Shown in pieces: positions 1-10,658 of a DNA stretch of 64,000 bases. The notes under the pieces were generated by a model. It saw nothing but the letters and a program-made list of their open reading frames with translations, was not told the origin of the DNA and did no database searches. A program made the translations under genes and the position numbers. The DNA is from Nitrosopumilaceae archaeon (GTDB taxonomy: Archaea; Thermoproteota; Nitrososphaeria; Nitrososphaerales; Nitrosopumilaceae): positions 288,001-352,000 of the forward strand of contig CBDATR010000010.1 in NCBI GenBank assembly GCA_965200155.1. Direction: 5' to 3'. The first letter of the stretch is position 1; every line of letters starts with the position of its first letter.

Positions 1-30
1 ATTGTGGAATTTGGCACCATTGCGCCCCAG

Positions 31-140
31 AATGCCGAACGCTGGAACAGTTACTCCCAGTGAATCCTTATGCCATGATTGACAGTAACAGCCCATGTTG
101 CTTCAATGCCGAACGCTGGAACAGTTACTCCCAGTGAATC
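31..140. repeat. 36-bp direct repeat flanking a 38-bp insert (repeat-spacer-repeat unit 1)
   Basis: aatgccgaacgctggaacagttactcccagtgaatc is identical at 31-66 and 105-140. Confidence 0.9.
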
Positions 141-208
141 TATGGAGTATAAATCACGATTGCGCTCCGACAGGTGTTTTAAAATTAGGGAGTGGTAGGA
201 TTAGTCCT

Positions 209-1528
209 ATGGAGGTATCGGCTAGGGAAAAATACGAAGAGGTATTCTCCCGTATTCAGGATCACCACAAATGGTTTGCCCAGTCCATACCCCTCATAGC
301 TAGCGAGAACGTACCCAGTCCGGCCGTGCGGGAGGCCATAATCTCGGATTTTGGTAACAGGTATGCAGAGGGTTGGCCCGGGGAGAGGGTGTATGCGGGA
401 TGCACGTATATCGATGAGGTGGAGATAGAGTGTATGAAGCTGGCGCAGAGGCTGTATGATGCAGAGTTTGTGGATGTGAGGCCCATATCAGGAGTGGTTG
501 CAAACTTGGTGGTCTATTCGGCGTTTACCAAGGCAGGGAACACATTACTGGCACCATCCATACCCGCGGGAGGGCACATATCCCACGGAAAACGCGAGCA
601 TTCCGGAACCGCAGGGTTGGTACACGGGCTGGATGTGAAATTCTATCCGTTTGATCCTAAAGAGATGAACATTGATGTGGATAAGACAAAGAGTATGATA
701 GAAAAGACGGTCGCATCCGGCGACACCCCAAAAATGGCAATGTTTGGCGGATCACTATTCTTGTTCCCCCACCCCCTGCGGGAACTGGCAGATTTTCTAA
801 AATCACACGGCATGCATATCAATTATGATGCCGCCCATGTAGCGGGGTTAATCGCGGGAGGGGAGTTTCAGGATCCACTAAGAGAGGGAACGGACACCAT
901 GACTATGAGTACCCACAAGACCCTTTTTGGTCCCCAGGGTGGCATAGTAATAGGCAACCATGACAACCAGGAGGCCATAAAAAAGGCCACCTTCCCGGGC
1001 ATGACCAGCAGCCACCACATACACCACATGGCCGCCAAGGCCATAGCATTCGCTGAAGCCTTGGAGTTTGGCAGGTCCTACGCAAAGCAGACCATAACAA
1101 ACGCCCAGGCACTGGCAGAGGCGCTGGTGGAGAGAGGCTTCAAGGTACTGGGCGAGAACCACAACTACACCAAGTCACACCAGGTAGCGGTGGATGTTCT
1201 GGAGTACTCTGACGGCGGCCAGGTAGAGGCCCAGTTGGAGAAGGCCAACATAATAGTGAACAGGCAGCTCATACCGGGCGACATAAAGATGGGTCGAAAC
1301 TATTTCCATCCCGGCGGCATACGGCTGGGAGTCTCCGAGGTCACAAGATTGGGAATGCGTAAAGACCAGATGCTGCAGATAGCCGATCTCATCAAAGAGG
1401 TAATAATAGAACACAAAGATCCAGTCCGGACAAAAGAGAAGGTCTCAGAGCTCCGCAGAGACTTTCAGAAGGTGCATTACTGCTTTGATGCCAAGACAGG
1501 GGCTTACGAGTACATCAAGCTCCGGTAA
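209..1528 (+). CDS. glyA: Serine hydroxymethyltransferase
   Basis: LIASEN, RYAEGWPGERVY and STHKT PLP-lysine motifs; start moved to ATG 209. Confidence 0.95.
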   Translation: MEVSAREKYEEVFSRIQDHHKWFAQSIPLIASENVPSPAVREAIISDFGNRYAEGWPGERVYAGCTYIDEVEIECMKLAQRLYDAEFVDVRPISGVVANLVVYSAFTKAGNTLLAPSIPAGGHISHGKREHSGTAGLVHGLDVKFYPFDPKEMNIDVDKTKSMIEKTVASGDTPKMAMFGGSLFLFPHPLRELADFLKSHGMHINYDAAHVAGLIAGGEFQDPLREGTDTMTMSTHKTLFGPQGGIVIGNHDNQEAIKKATFPGMTSSHHIHHMAAKAIAFAEALEFGRSYAKQTITNAQALAEALVERGFKVLGENHNYTKSHQVAVDVLEYSDGGQVEAQLEKANIIVNRQLIPGDIKMGRNYFHPGGIRLGVSEVTRLGMRKDQMLQIADLIKEVIIEHKDPVRTKEKVSELRRDFQKVHYCFDAKTGAYEYIKLR

Positions 1529-1590
1529 AAGCTGGCGCGACCCACTGCAAGCCATTCATCTAATATAGAGAAGGCTCCGTTGTTGTTCTG

Positions 1591-2103
1591 ATGCGAGTCT
1601 TTGTGGCAGTAGAGATAAACCGGCAGGACCTGTTGGAGCGGATAAATTCACTTCAGACAGGATGGGACGGCAAGGCGGTAGAACCCCATAACATGCACTT
1701 TACGCTGCGATTTCTGGGAGAGACTCCCACCCCAAGGGTACAGGAAATTGTTAATGCCCTGAAAACTGTACGGTTTGAATCCTTTGCTGTGACCATACGC
1801 GGGATAGGCGCCTTCAAGAACCGGCAGCAGACAGTAGTATGGGCGGGAACGGATGCCAAAAGCGGGCGCCTTCTGGAAGGCCTTGCTCGCAAGGTGGACG
1901 AGTCACTGGGATTGGTCCGGGACAGGCCATTCAAGCCCCACCTTACCCTGAAAAGGATACGGAGGGGCACGATACCGGATCTGGAAGGACTCACAGACAC
2001 AGTATGGGGAACACAGAATGTGAATGTGATTAAACTCAAGAAGAGTGTACTGACAAGGACAGGGCCCATCTACACCGATGTGGTAGAGGTAGGGGCATGT
2101 TGA
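1591..2103 (+). CDS. thpR: RNA 2',3'-cyclic phosphodiesterase (2'-5' RNA ligase family)
   Basis: MRVFVAVE start; two HxT motifs (HFTLRFLGE, PHLTL). Confidence 0.9.
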   Translation: MRVFVAVEINRQDLLERINSLQTGWDGKAVEPHNMHFTLRFLGETPTPRVQEIVNALKTVRFESFAVTIRGIGAFKNRQQTVVWAGTDAKSGRLLEGLARKVDESLGLVRDRPFKPHLTLKRIRRGTIPDLEGLTDTVWGTQNVNVIKLKKSVLTRTGPIYTDVVEVGAC

Positions 2104-3398
2104 TACAGGATGAGCTGATGCACATAGTCCCGTCTGTCGAGGAGAAAAGCCGGAAGCGGGACACTGCACTCAAGATATTGCGCCTGGTCAGGGAGGAAAT
2201 TGCAATGCGACCAACCATTATTGACGCGGAGCTGGGGGGCTCCTATGCCAAGGGGACCTGGCTTAGCGGGGCAGACATTGACGTGTTTGTGCGTTTTGAT
2301 CGAAGTGTTCCGGATAATATATTCAGGGAGACATCCATAGAGGTAGGCTTTGCCGCAATGAGGGAGTATGGACCATACCGGCGATATGCGGACCATCCCT
2401 ATGTGGAGGCTGCGGTGGACGGAACTGTTGTGAACGTGGTACCATTCTATGATGTAGAGTTGGGAAACTGGATAAGCGCCGCGGATCGCTCACCATATCA
2501 CACTACATACATGCAAAAGCACCTCACCGAGGCCATGAGAAACGAGGTACGCCTGCTCAAGAAGTTTCTCAAGGTACATGACATATACGGCGCCCAGACA
2601 GAGAAGGGCGGGTTCAGCGGGTATGCCGCGGAATCGTTGGTATTGTATTGTGGCGGATTTACAGCGGTGATGGAAACCATCGCTAGGGCGGAGAACGGCT
2701 CCGTACTGGGCCAGGGTGCCAGGAAATTCCAGACCCCCATAACTATACTGGATCCCATAGATAACAACCGTAACCTGGCTGCAGCCATATCCAACAGGAA
2801 TATGGGCATATTCATGATGGCTTGTAAGGCGTTTCAGGAAAGGCTCTCAGGATCGGCGCTCAGTCCCCGGGAGTACCATCCCAAAGTCGACTGGGACTGT
2901 GTGGTAGCGGCGGCATTTCCATACACGGCAAGGAGTCCGGAGATAATATGGGGGCAGGCCAAGAGCGCCACAGTGGCCATGGCACGCCAGTTGAACAAGA
3001 GTGGATTTCATATTACAAGATACCACACGGTGGTCGATGACCATACCGTTTACTCGCTATTCCTGCCTGAGTCAATGAATATACCGCCAAGATACACAAG
3101 GAGCGGACCTAGTGTGTTCCGGCACAGTAGCGCCGCCAAGTTTGTGGAGGCAAACCGGGACAGTCTGGTGTGGGTGACAGATAACATGGACTTGGCGTCC
3201 CTAAAGGACAGGACACACACGGACATATACTCACTGCTACGATGGCTACTCTCCAACCCGAAAAAAACAGGCATACCGGCAGGCATACACAGAGACATAG
3301 AAGATTACAGGGTCATCACCGGCCCTTGTCTGAGCGGAGAGGTAAAGGACAAAGCCCTGAGTATTTTATCGACGGATCACATAGATCCGGCCGCCTAG
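2097..3398 (+). CDS. cca: Archaeal CCA-adding tRNA nucleotidyltransferase
   Basis: GSYAKGTWL..DIDVF, HPYV, SAADRSPYHT, GGFSGY motifs. Confidence 0.95.
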   Translation: MLIQDELMHIVPSVEEKSRKRDTALKILRLVREEIAMRPTIIDAELGGSYAKGTWLSGADIDVFVRFDRSVPDNIFRETSIEVGFAAMREYGPYRRYADHPYVEAAVDGTVVNVVPFYDVELGNWISAADRSPYHTTYMQKHLTEAMRNEVRLLKKFLKVHDIYGAQTEKGGFSGYAAESLVLYCGGFTAVMETIARAENGSVLGQGARKFQTPITILDPIDNNRNLAAAISNRNMGIFMMACKAFQERLSGSALSPREYHPKVDWDCVVAAAFPYTARSPEIIWGQAKSATVAMARQLNKSGFHITRYHTVVDDHTVYSLFLPESMNIPPRYTRSGPSVFRHSSAAKFVEANRDSLVWVTDNMDLASLKDRTHTDIYSLLRWLLSNPKKTGIPAGIHRDIEDYRVITGPCLSGEVKDKALSILSTDHIDPAA

Positions 3399-3428
3399 AA
3401 ATAAATCCGCTTCAAACTGACAGATTCG

Positions 3429-4178
3429 GTGGAAGGCATACCGGTAAACGAACTGGTTGTAGAACCATACCTGACGGTATTGGGGTATCCCCATGCCACA
3501 CCTGACTGCATCGAGTCCATACTTGAAGACATGACAGGACTGGGAGTAAGAGCAGTATCGTTTGTGGGAGAGACGAGACTGAACGGCGTCAATGTACTGG
3601 GCAAGGGAGTTGCGGGCGTTGTGGTGCTGGTGCATACCCCACATGGTCAGGCAGCGCTCAAGATAAGGAGGAGTGATTCGCCTCGGGACAGTATGTATGA
3701 GGAGGGAAGTCATTTGGGTTACGCCAACCGGTTCGGGATAGGGCCCAGATTAATGGGACAGACAAGGGAGTGTATTGTAATGGAGTATTTGAGGGGGACA
3801 GACATAGGACTGTGGTTGCGCGGACTGGGCACAGACGATGAGGATACGCTCAAGGATGTAATGCGAACCATATTGTATGACTGTCATACGCTGGATCGCG
3901 CAAACCTAGACCACGGAGAGGTGGGCCACATTTCAAGACACGTAATTGTGGGAGAGAGGGCAACCATTGTAGATTTTGAGAGTGCTAGTAGACACCGACG
4001 CGCCACCAATGTACTGGCTGCCACGCAGGGCCTATATCTAGGAGGACTTTCCAGGTATGTTGATCGGGTATACAAAATACCGCCCCGGAACAAGACCATC
4101 CAGGTACTGCAGGAGCACAAAAAAAGACACACAAACGAATCCTTTGAGGAAATACTGCGCGTGTTACATTTGATATAA
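3429..4178 (+). CDS. Archaeal RIO-like Ser/Thr protein kinase
   Basis: LGKGVAGVV loop, ALKIRR, DHGE, IVDFESAS. Confidence 0.8.
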   Translation: MEGIPVNELVVEPYLTVLGYPHATPDCIESILEDMTGLGVRAVSFVGETRLNGVNVLGKGVAGVVVLVHTPHGQAALKIRRSDSPRDSMYEEGSHLGYANRFGIGPRLMGQTRECIVMEYLRGTDIGLWLRGLGTDDEDTLKDVMRTILYDCHTLDRANLDHGEVGHISRHVIVGERATIVDFESASRHRRATNVLAATQGLYLGGLSRYVDRVYKIPPRNKTIQVLQEHKKRHTNESFEEILRVLHLI

Positions 4179-4252
4179 TGGGACCGGTGAGATTCGAACT
4201 CACGACCTCTAACACCCCAGGTTAGCATCATGCCAAGCTAGACGACGGTCCC
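4179..4252 (-). tRNA. tRNA-Pro (GGG)
   Basis: Reverse complement GGGACCG...CTAAC-CTGGGGT-GTTAG...GTTCGAATC...CGGTCCCA folds to a cloverleaf with GGG anticodon. Confidence 0.93.
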
Positions 4253-4311
4253 GCGGTGTGTTCTTTTATCCTGAAATTATTAAATTATCGCCTGTCATAT
4301 GTTATCGTGTA

Positions 4312-4509
4312 ATGAAATGTTCCCTGTGTGGCCGCATATCGGGAAATGGGGATCACATAGACTGTATAGAGAAACGCCGTATAGAACTGGAGGACGAGAA
4401 TATCAAGAAAGAGGAGATGGGTCTTGGAAGCACGGAGCTGGCACCGGAGATACGTACCCTAATGGAACACATATCCACAGAGAAGGGACTAGCCAAGCCA
4501 GCCGATTAG
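4312..4509 (+). CDS. Small hypothetical protein with N-terminal CxxC...HxxC motif
   Basis: MKCSLCG...DHIDC; fits the gap between the tRNA and the next gene. Confidence 0.55.
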   Translation: MKCSLCGRISGNGDHIDCIEKRRIELEDENIKKEEMGLGSTELAPEIRTLMEHISTEKGLAKPAD

Positions 4510-5622
4510 CCGTTCCCGCTCGAATTGTATCTTTGCGTCCATGTTCTCTATGGTATAATCACTTAGGGTTGTCCTGGACTGGAAAGCGGCAACCCGTACT
4601 ATTGATGCGGTCCCCCGGCCAGACTCCATAAAGCACTCACCCACACCATCAAAGGGTTCTGGCTGATCGCCGTTGTTTATATCCTGCATGATACAGACGG
4701 CTACGGTAGCACCCTCACCCTCGGCAAAGACGCCTGCCTTGGGAACCGCGCCCGTGTCAGTAGGAAGTACTGTGATATCGCCTACGGCATATACGTTGGT
4801 CACACCCGTCCGCCCAAAGTGGTCTATCCGGATGAACGGGTTCCCGCCAGCCAGTGGTACCGCGACATGGGGCAAGGTGTGGGGGGGAACAGCCAACAAC
4901 AAATCAAAGTTCGCATCACCCCCCTCAAAGATGAGTCTACCGGGATCCACCCCCGTTACCTTACAGGAGCCATGGAATGATATGTGGTCTGCCTGTAGCA
5001 TATCCAGCACGCGCGCACTTATCTGGGGACCCGCGGCAGGCATTGTGAGAGGAGCCGGACTGTAAACATTCACACTTACATTATCCCGGGCACCGGACTC
5101 CCGCAACATTGAGGACACTATAAGAGCGGCCTCAAAGGGCGCCGGTGGACACTTGTACGGCATGCCGGTTATGGCTATGGCTACTGAGCCGGACTTTGTG
5201 TTTAGCAATCTCTCCCGTATGGAGCCGGACTGCAGTGGATCATACAGGTTCATGCCATTCTCCACCAGTCCGGGAATACTCTCTGGTGCAAGCCGGGCAC
5301 CCAATGCCACTACCAGATAGTCGTATTCCAGTGTGCCATTACTGATCTCCACAGCCCTGCGGTTGATGTCAATCTTTTTTATGTCAGCCTTAAGAAATGC
5401 TATATTCCGTTTGGTAAGGTTCCCCAGTGAGGCCACCGACTCTTCGAATGTGCGCGACCCCCGTATCATCCACAGTTTGGCAAAACCTACCATGAACCAG
5501 TCTTTTTTGTCCACTACGGTAATGCGCACCTGCGAGGAGGCAAGACTGTCTCTTATTGTAGTAGCAACAGAGAGACCGCCAAAACCGCCGCCCAGTATCA
5601 CTACGTGGGGCGTCCCGGCCAT
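4489..5622 (-). CDS. FAD-dependent oxidoreductase, sulfide:quinone oxidoreductase/FCSD family
   Basis: GGGFGG Rossmann motif, YKCPPAPFE, VYAVGD, PKAGVFA. Confidence 0.85.
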   Translation of the reverse strand: MAGTPHVVILGGGFGGLSVATTIRDSLASSQVRITVVDKKDWFMVGFAKLWMIRGSRTFEESVASLGNLTKRNIAFLKADIKKIDINRRAVEISNGTLEYDYLVVALGARLAPESIPGLVENGMNLYDPLQSGSIRERLLNTKSGSVAIAITGMPYKCPPAPFEAALIVSSMLRESGARDNVSVNVYSPAPLTMPAAGPQISARVLDMLQADHISFHGSCKVTGVDPGRLIFEGGDANFDLLLAVPPHTLPHVAVPLAGGNPFIRIDHFGRTGVTNVYAVGDITVLPTDTGAVPKAGVFAEGEGATVAVCIMQDINNGDQPEPFDGVGECFMESGRGTASIVRVAAFQSRTTLSDYTIENMDAKIQFERERLIGWLG

Positions 5623-5626
5623 GTAA

Positions 5627-6367
5627 CTATCTTTCCTGTATGGTGGGCCGTATCAGTATCTCGTTGACATTCACGTGTGGAGGAGAGTTCACCGCGTACA
5701 GTATGGCCTGGGCAATATCCTCAGACCGGAGGGACTCCATCTTTTTTGCATTCTCCACGAATCCCTGAAGCGACTCATCGGTGATTGTGTTGGTGAGCTC
5801 GGTAGCTACCACGCCGGGCTCTATACAGGAGACCCGTATGTTCTTGCGGACGCTGAGCTCCTGCCGCAGCCCCTCGCTGAATGCGGTGATCGCATGTTTG
5901 GTGGCGCAGTATACACTGCCACCAGGAAACACCAACCGACCTGCCACAGAAGACACATTAACTATGTGGCCGGACTTTGCCTCCAACATGTGAGGCAGTG
6001 CAGCAGCAGTACAATACAGAACACCCTTTATGTTTACATCAACCATGCGATCCCACTCGTCAACCTTGGTATTTTTTACAAGACTCAGTGGCATGAGACC
6101 CGCATTGTTAACCAGAATGTCAATACGGCCCCACTCCGTTATGGCCCTCTGTATGAGAGCCTCGCATTCCTGCCGTTTCGTCACATCCACCTCCTGTGTC
6201 AGTGCCACTCCTCCTTCCTGTGCTATCCTGGACTGCAGTTCCTCAAGTCGGTTGCGCCTGCGGGCACCCAAGACTACCCTTGATCCTGACCGTGCTAGCT
6301 CCAGTGCGGTGGAATAACCTATTCCACTACTGGCACCGGTTACCACGGCTACTGTATCATCGGACAT
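5627..6367 (-). CDS. Short-chain dehydrogenase/reductase
   Basis: TGASSGIG, NNAG, YCATK; start trimmed to ATG 6367. Confidence 0.92.
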   Translation of the reverse strand: MSDDTVAVVTGASSGIGYSTALELARSGSRVVLGARRRNRLEELQSRIAQEGGVALTQEVDVTKRQECEALIQRAITEWGRIDILVNNAGLMPLSLVKNTKVDEWDRMVDVNIKGVLYCTAAALPHMLEAKSGHIVNVSSVAGRLVFPGGSVYCATKHAITAFSEGLRQELSVRKNIRVSCIEPGVVATELTNTITDESLQGFVENAKKMESLRSEDIAQAILYAVNSPPHVNVNEILIRPTIQER

Positions 6368-6412
6368 GAGGTTCCGACACTCAGATGCATGTAAAAATGT
6401 TCGCCTGCCAAA

Positions 6413-7067
6413 TCGCGGTGTCGATGGCAAACACTTGGCAGCCACAGCCGAATCAGCGGGAATGATAGCCTCCCATTCTACGGAGCACCGCAAGATGCTG
6501 GAAAAATCAACCGGTTAAAGGATCGACTCTCATACTTGAAGGGTCGAAGTCGGCAACTATTAGAGAAGCAGATTCGCCGGTTGTGTAAGAAAGGTGGCAA
6601 CGTTGCAACGAACCGGATGAACCACATCATCAAACAAGTCGCGGACGGTGTAGACTCGGTCGGTGTCGAGAACTTCTCAGTAAAACCCATGACCAGTCAC
6701 GGCGGCAACCGGAAACACGATATTAATGGAATGATGTGACACAATCGTGTTGGTGGGTTCCTGAGAAAGTTGGAACAAAAGTGCAAGGAGAAAGGAATCC
6801 ATCTAATCGCGACTCACAGTCACCACACGAGTCAGAAATGCTTTGTATGTGGGAATATTGACAAGAAAATATGAATATTATGGGCAAATTCATGTGCCCA
6901 GTGTCCGCAAGATACTCACGCGGGCGTAAATGCCGCGCGAAATATCATGCAACGGGAGGCGGAGCAAGTCATCCTGTGTTGATGGGGCGGAAATCCGACA
7001 TAACATGAACATGATGACGATCGTGTGAGGTTTCGGCGCCACGAAAAACCATAGGTGAAGGTTATGG
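6413..7067 (+). pseudogene. tnpB: TnpB (IS200/IS605 family) C-terminal remnant, copy 1
   Basis: VGVEN RuvC-II, TSQKCFVCG zinc ribbon, NAARNI; stops and frameshifts; near-identical to 31224-32040. Confidence 0.8.
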
Positions 7068-7111
7068 TGATGCCATATTGGGTTTTATTGTAGAATGTAG
7101 GTAATCACTTA

Positions 7112-8536
7112 TTGAAACGAGATATCACGAGGGCCCTAGACTATGCTTTCAAGAAGGGATTCCAGATACACCCAAGCGTAGTGGACTTGTTACAGGAGAT
7201 AGAAGTTGGACGGTTGGATCTTGTCGTCAAGGACATAATACGGGAGAAGATGGTAGACAGAAACTATCACATAAGCAGAGCTGATCTGGTCCAGTATCTT
7301 GGGTTGGATGAGAGCGCCGATATTGAAGACTACCACAACATACTATTCGATTGTACATCATCCATAACCACACCCGGAGGAATAGAGGGGTATGGGGAGC
7401 TTTTTCGGGATAGATTTGAGAAGGGTAAAAGGATGATTCTGGGCCGCGGTATATCAGACAAGATGCAGACCATAACCCAGCTAAAGAACCAGTTAGCCGC
7501 AGGTGAGGGGAAGAAATCGTATGTGTGTGGTTTGGTTACGGCAAAACAGTTCGAAGATACCATGTCCAGACTGACGGTGGAGGACACCACCGGTCAGTTA
7601 GAGGGTGTGTTATCCGAGGATGTAGCAGATGTTATACAAAAGTTATTTTTAGATCAGTTTGTAGCAGTGGAGGTAGAAGGGGGATTTAGAGGGGCCGTTT
7701 TCACCGATGTTTTGTATCCAGACATACCGGTTAGGAAGGCAAATAGATCCGAATCTGAAGTTTTTGCTGTGTTTTTATCGGATTTACATGTGGGAAGTAA
7801 GTATTTTTTAGAAGAGGATTTTCGTGTTTTTCTGCAATGGCTCTCAAGCTCAGATCCTATTGCAAGGAAAGTGCGTTTTGTGCTTATAGCAGGAGATGTT
7901 GTGGATGGTGTGGGTATATTTCGAGATCAGGATAGGGAATTATTTCAGCACACCGCGTATGAACAATTTCAGAAAGTGGATGAGTTGTTGGCTATCATAC
8001 CCGAACACATCAAGATATTTGTTATACCAGGTAACCACGATCCAGGAAGGCGGGCTTTACCCCAGCCAGCTATACCAAGAGATGTTGGTGCATCGTTGTG
8101 GAGTAGAAAGAATGTGTTTATGTTGGGAAATCCATCCATGGTTAGTCTTAATGGTGTTAGTGTTATGATGTTTCATGGACAGAGTATAGATGATATAGTA
8201 AAGTCCACTATGGGCATGGATTATTCCCATCCTGCTAATGTTATGAAGTATATGTTAAAGAGTAGGCATTTGGGTTCCATATACGGAAACCAGACACCCA
8301 TAGCTCCAGAATTGAAAGATTTGTTGGTTATAGATGAGGTACCGGACATATTTCATGCTGGTCATGTTCATGTAATGGAAGTTGATAGTTATAAGGGAAC
8401 CATGGTAATAAATTCTGGTACGTGGCAGAGCCAAACACCATTTCAGTCAAGTGTTGGCCAAATCCCAACACCAGGTATAGTCGTCTTATTGAATTTAAAG
8501 ACTTTTGGTGTTTATATTAAAAAATTTTCATCATAA
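7112..8536 (+). CDS. DNA polymerase D small subunit DP1
   Basis: SDLHVGS, GDVVDG, PGNHD, FHG, HAGHVH phosphoesterase motifs; near cdc6 and DP2. Confidence 0.95.
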   Translation: MKRDITRALDYAFKKGFQIHPSVVDLLQEIEVGRLDLVVKDIIREKMVDRNYHISRADLVQYLGLDESADIEDYHNILFDCTSSITTPGGIEGYGELFRDRFEKGKRMILGRGISDKMQTITQLKNQLAAGEGKKSYVCGLVTAKQFEDTMSRLTVEDTTGQLEGVLSEDVADVIQKLFLDQFVAVEVEGGFRGAVFTDVLYPDIPVRKANRSESEVFAVFLSDLHVGSKYFLEEDFRVFLQWLSSSDPIARKVRFVLIAGDVVDGVGIFRDQDRELFQHTAYEQFQKVDELLAIIPEHIKIFVIPGNHDPGRRALPQPAIPRDVGASLWSRKNVFMLGNPSMVSLNGVSVMMFHGQSIDDIVKSTMGMDYSHPANVMKYMLKSRHLGSIYGNQTPIAPELKDLLVIDEVPDIFHAGHVHVMEVDSYKGTMVINSGTWQSQTPFQSSVGQIPTPGIVVLLNLKTFGVYIKKFSS

Positions 8537-8647
8537 CCATTCCCACATAAGGAGTATTCTGATAGGTTTGTGTTGCACAAATCTCAAATAACCAATTTCC
8601 TCACTGGGTGAATCTTATAATCAGAATGGCTGTTTTCCACATTAATT

Positions 8648-8737
8648 GTATGAGTTCACGTCTTCCGGAATATTGTACACAAATCACATTAACTGTCGCG
8701 ATCAGTTATGCGTAAATTTAGACACAGGTGAACTCAT
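8648..8737 (+). mobile_element. 92-bp MITE whose right TIR is interrupted by IS66 (completed at 10433-10434)
   Basis: MITE consensus; outer TSD cattaatt at 8640-8647 and 10435-10442. Confidence 0.9.
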
Positions 8738-10424
8738 GTATGAGTTCACGTGTTTTGATCATTCACTAAGATATAGATTGGTATGGCAATATTTTACTTA
8801 AATACCAAATTTGCAATAAGAATCTAATGAGAAGACGCCGGTCCTATAAGGAATTGGAACTGGAAAATAAACTTCTTCAGGATACCCTTGCGTCTATCAA
8901 GAAAGATATTGAGGATTACAAGAAAGATCTTGCACATTACAAGGAACGTGTGAGAGTATTGGAAGCATATATGTCACACACCATAAAAGAAATACGAAAT
9001 CATATACAAGATTTCCAAATTATTAGAAATTATGTAAGTGAATTAAAAGAGGAATTAGTAGAAAAAGACAGGAAAATTGCGGTACTCACAACGCGACTTA
9101 AATATTATGAGAATGCTCACTCGCCACCATCCCTTCAATCCCTCCAGTACAAGAAGCGAAAACAGGAGGAGCAGAAGCGAAAACAGGGAGATAATAAGCA
9201 ACAGACAGAAGCCAGTACTAAATCAGCCAAAAAGGCTGGCGCTCAAAAGGGACACAAGGGGGTTTCCCGTTCCCACAACCCCGGCAGAGTAGTGCATCAC
9301 ACCTTTGAGCATACTCCACTATGTGAGTGCGGCAATATGATGACAAAAATTGGTTGGAAACAACGACACATAACGGAATTAATACCCGCCAAAATAGAGG
9401 AGACCCTTCATGTGATAGAAATGGCTGCATGCAAGTGCGGCAAAAAACAACTGGCCCCAGCAGCTGGCGTCCCAAAGAGTGGTAGTTTTGGGGTTCAATT
9501 ATGCGGTGCCATCACTGCATTGCGTGCGGAAAAGATTCCAATAAAACGCATACCTGTAATTTCGAAGGATCTCTTCGGCCTGAATATATCTGTGGGTGCA
9601 GTAAACAACATAATTGCCAGGGCCGCCGATGCATGTGAATCATTTATGGAAACAATTCATGAGAATATAATAAAATCACCCAGCATACATGTGGACGAAA
9701 CTGGTATATCACTGGCGGGTAGGCGTGGCTGGGTATGGGGGATGCGGGCCGAAGAGTGGATGATGTCCATATATGACAAAAGTAGGAGTTCAAATGTAGT
9801 GAACAAATACCTGAACGGTTACCAGGGAGCGATAGTAACGGACAGGTACGTTGTGTACCGCCGGTTTGATGACGGTGGGAAGCACCAGTTGTGTTGGGCG
9901 CATTTATTGCGCGATACCCAGGCATTACATGCAGGATTCTATATCGATCCCGGTGCTCAGGACGCCCGGATCAAACTTGACAACGACCTGAAAGGATTGT
10001 TCCGGAGCGCACGTGAATCCCTGAATCACTGCGGGCCGTCCGCGCAATTACGACACTCATTTGAGACAGGAGCAGATGCATCAGTACTGTGATGTTGATG
10101 ATACTGAACTACAAAAGAAGGTAAAAGGATTGAATAAGGCCATACCAGGCATGTTCGTATTCTTAGAATATGACAGTGTAGAGCCCACCAACAATCCAGC
10201 GGAGCAGGCTTTGCGATACGCAGTGGTATTCCGCAAGATTAGTGGCCAGATAAAGGGTGGCGAAAGGGCAATGCGCCGCATGTCTACATTCGTATCATGC
10301 GTTCAGACATGGAGGGCTCAAGGCCTTTCTGTAATGAACGAGGTTGCTGCCAGAATGCAGTTATAATTAAAAAAACTGGGATGTATTCTATATTATTATG
10401 TGATCAAAACACGTGAACTCATAC
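8738..10424 (+). mobile_element. IS66-family insertion sequence (single-ORF type)
   Basis: 24-bp perfect TIR gtatgagttcacgtgttttgatca; 8-bp TSD gaactcat. Confidence 0.92.
8827..10366 (+). pseudogene. IS66 transposase, frameshifted near 10061-10092
   Basis: Coiled coil, CECG/CKCG zinc finger, HVDETG, VTDRY, HQLCWAHLLRD, PTNNPAEQALR split over two ORFs. Confidence 0.88.
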
Positions 10425-10517
10425 GAACTCATACCATTAATTTTCCCTTGGTTCTTTTTTTGGGTACCGTCCTGTTTTTGGGAAACCTTGTATGTCCGGA
10501 TTTATACTTAATGAATC

Positions 10518-10609
10518 GTATGAGTTCACCTGTGTCTAAATTTACGCACAACTGATCGCTACAGTTAATGTGATTTGTGCACAAGATTCCGGAAGACGTG
10601 AACTCATAC
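10518..10609 (-). mobile_element. 92-bp MITE
   Basis: TIR gtatgagttcac; TSD aatgaatc. Confidence 0.95.
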
Positions 10610-10658
10610 AATGAATCTCGGTAATTGTAAAATTATGTGTGGTTTTGTAAGGGTTTAG

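Noticed and set aside
95-208. N-terminal extension of glyA (similarly SDR 6368-6493, cdc6 11868-11927, psmB 45960-46154)
   Set aside because: Upstream in-frame starts fall in repeats, tnpB, ORB or a neighbouring gene; the family-like sequence starts later.
6413-7067. Active TnpB/omegaRNA system
   Set aside because: Both copies lack the N-terminus and carry stops or frameshifts, and no tnpA is seen.
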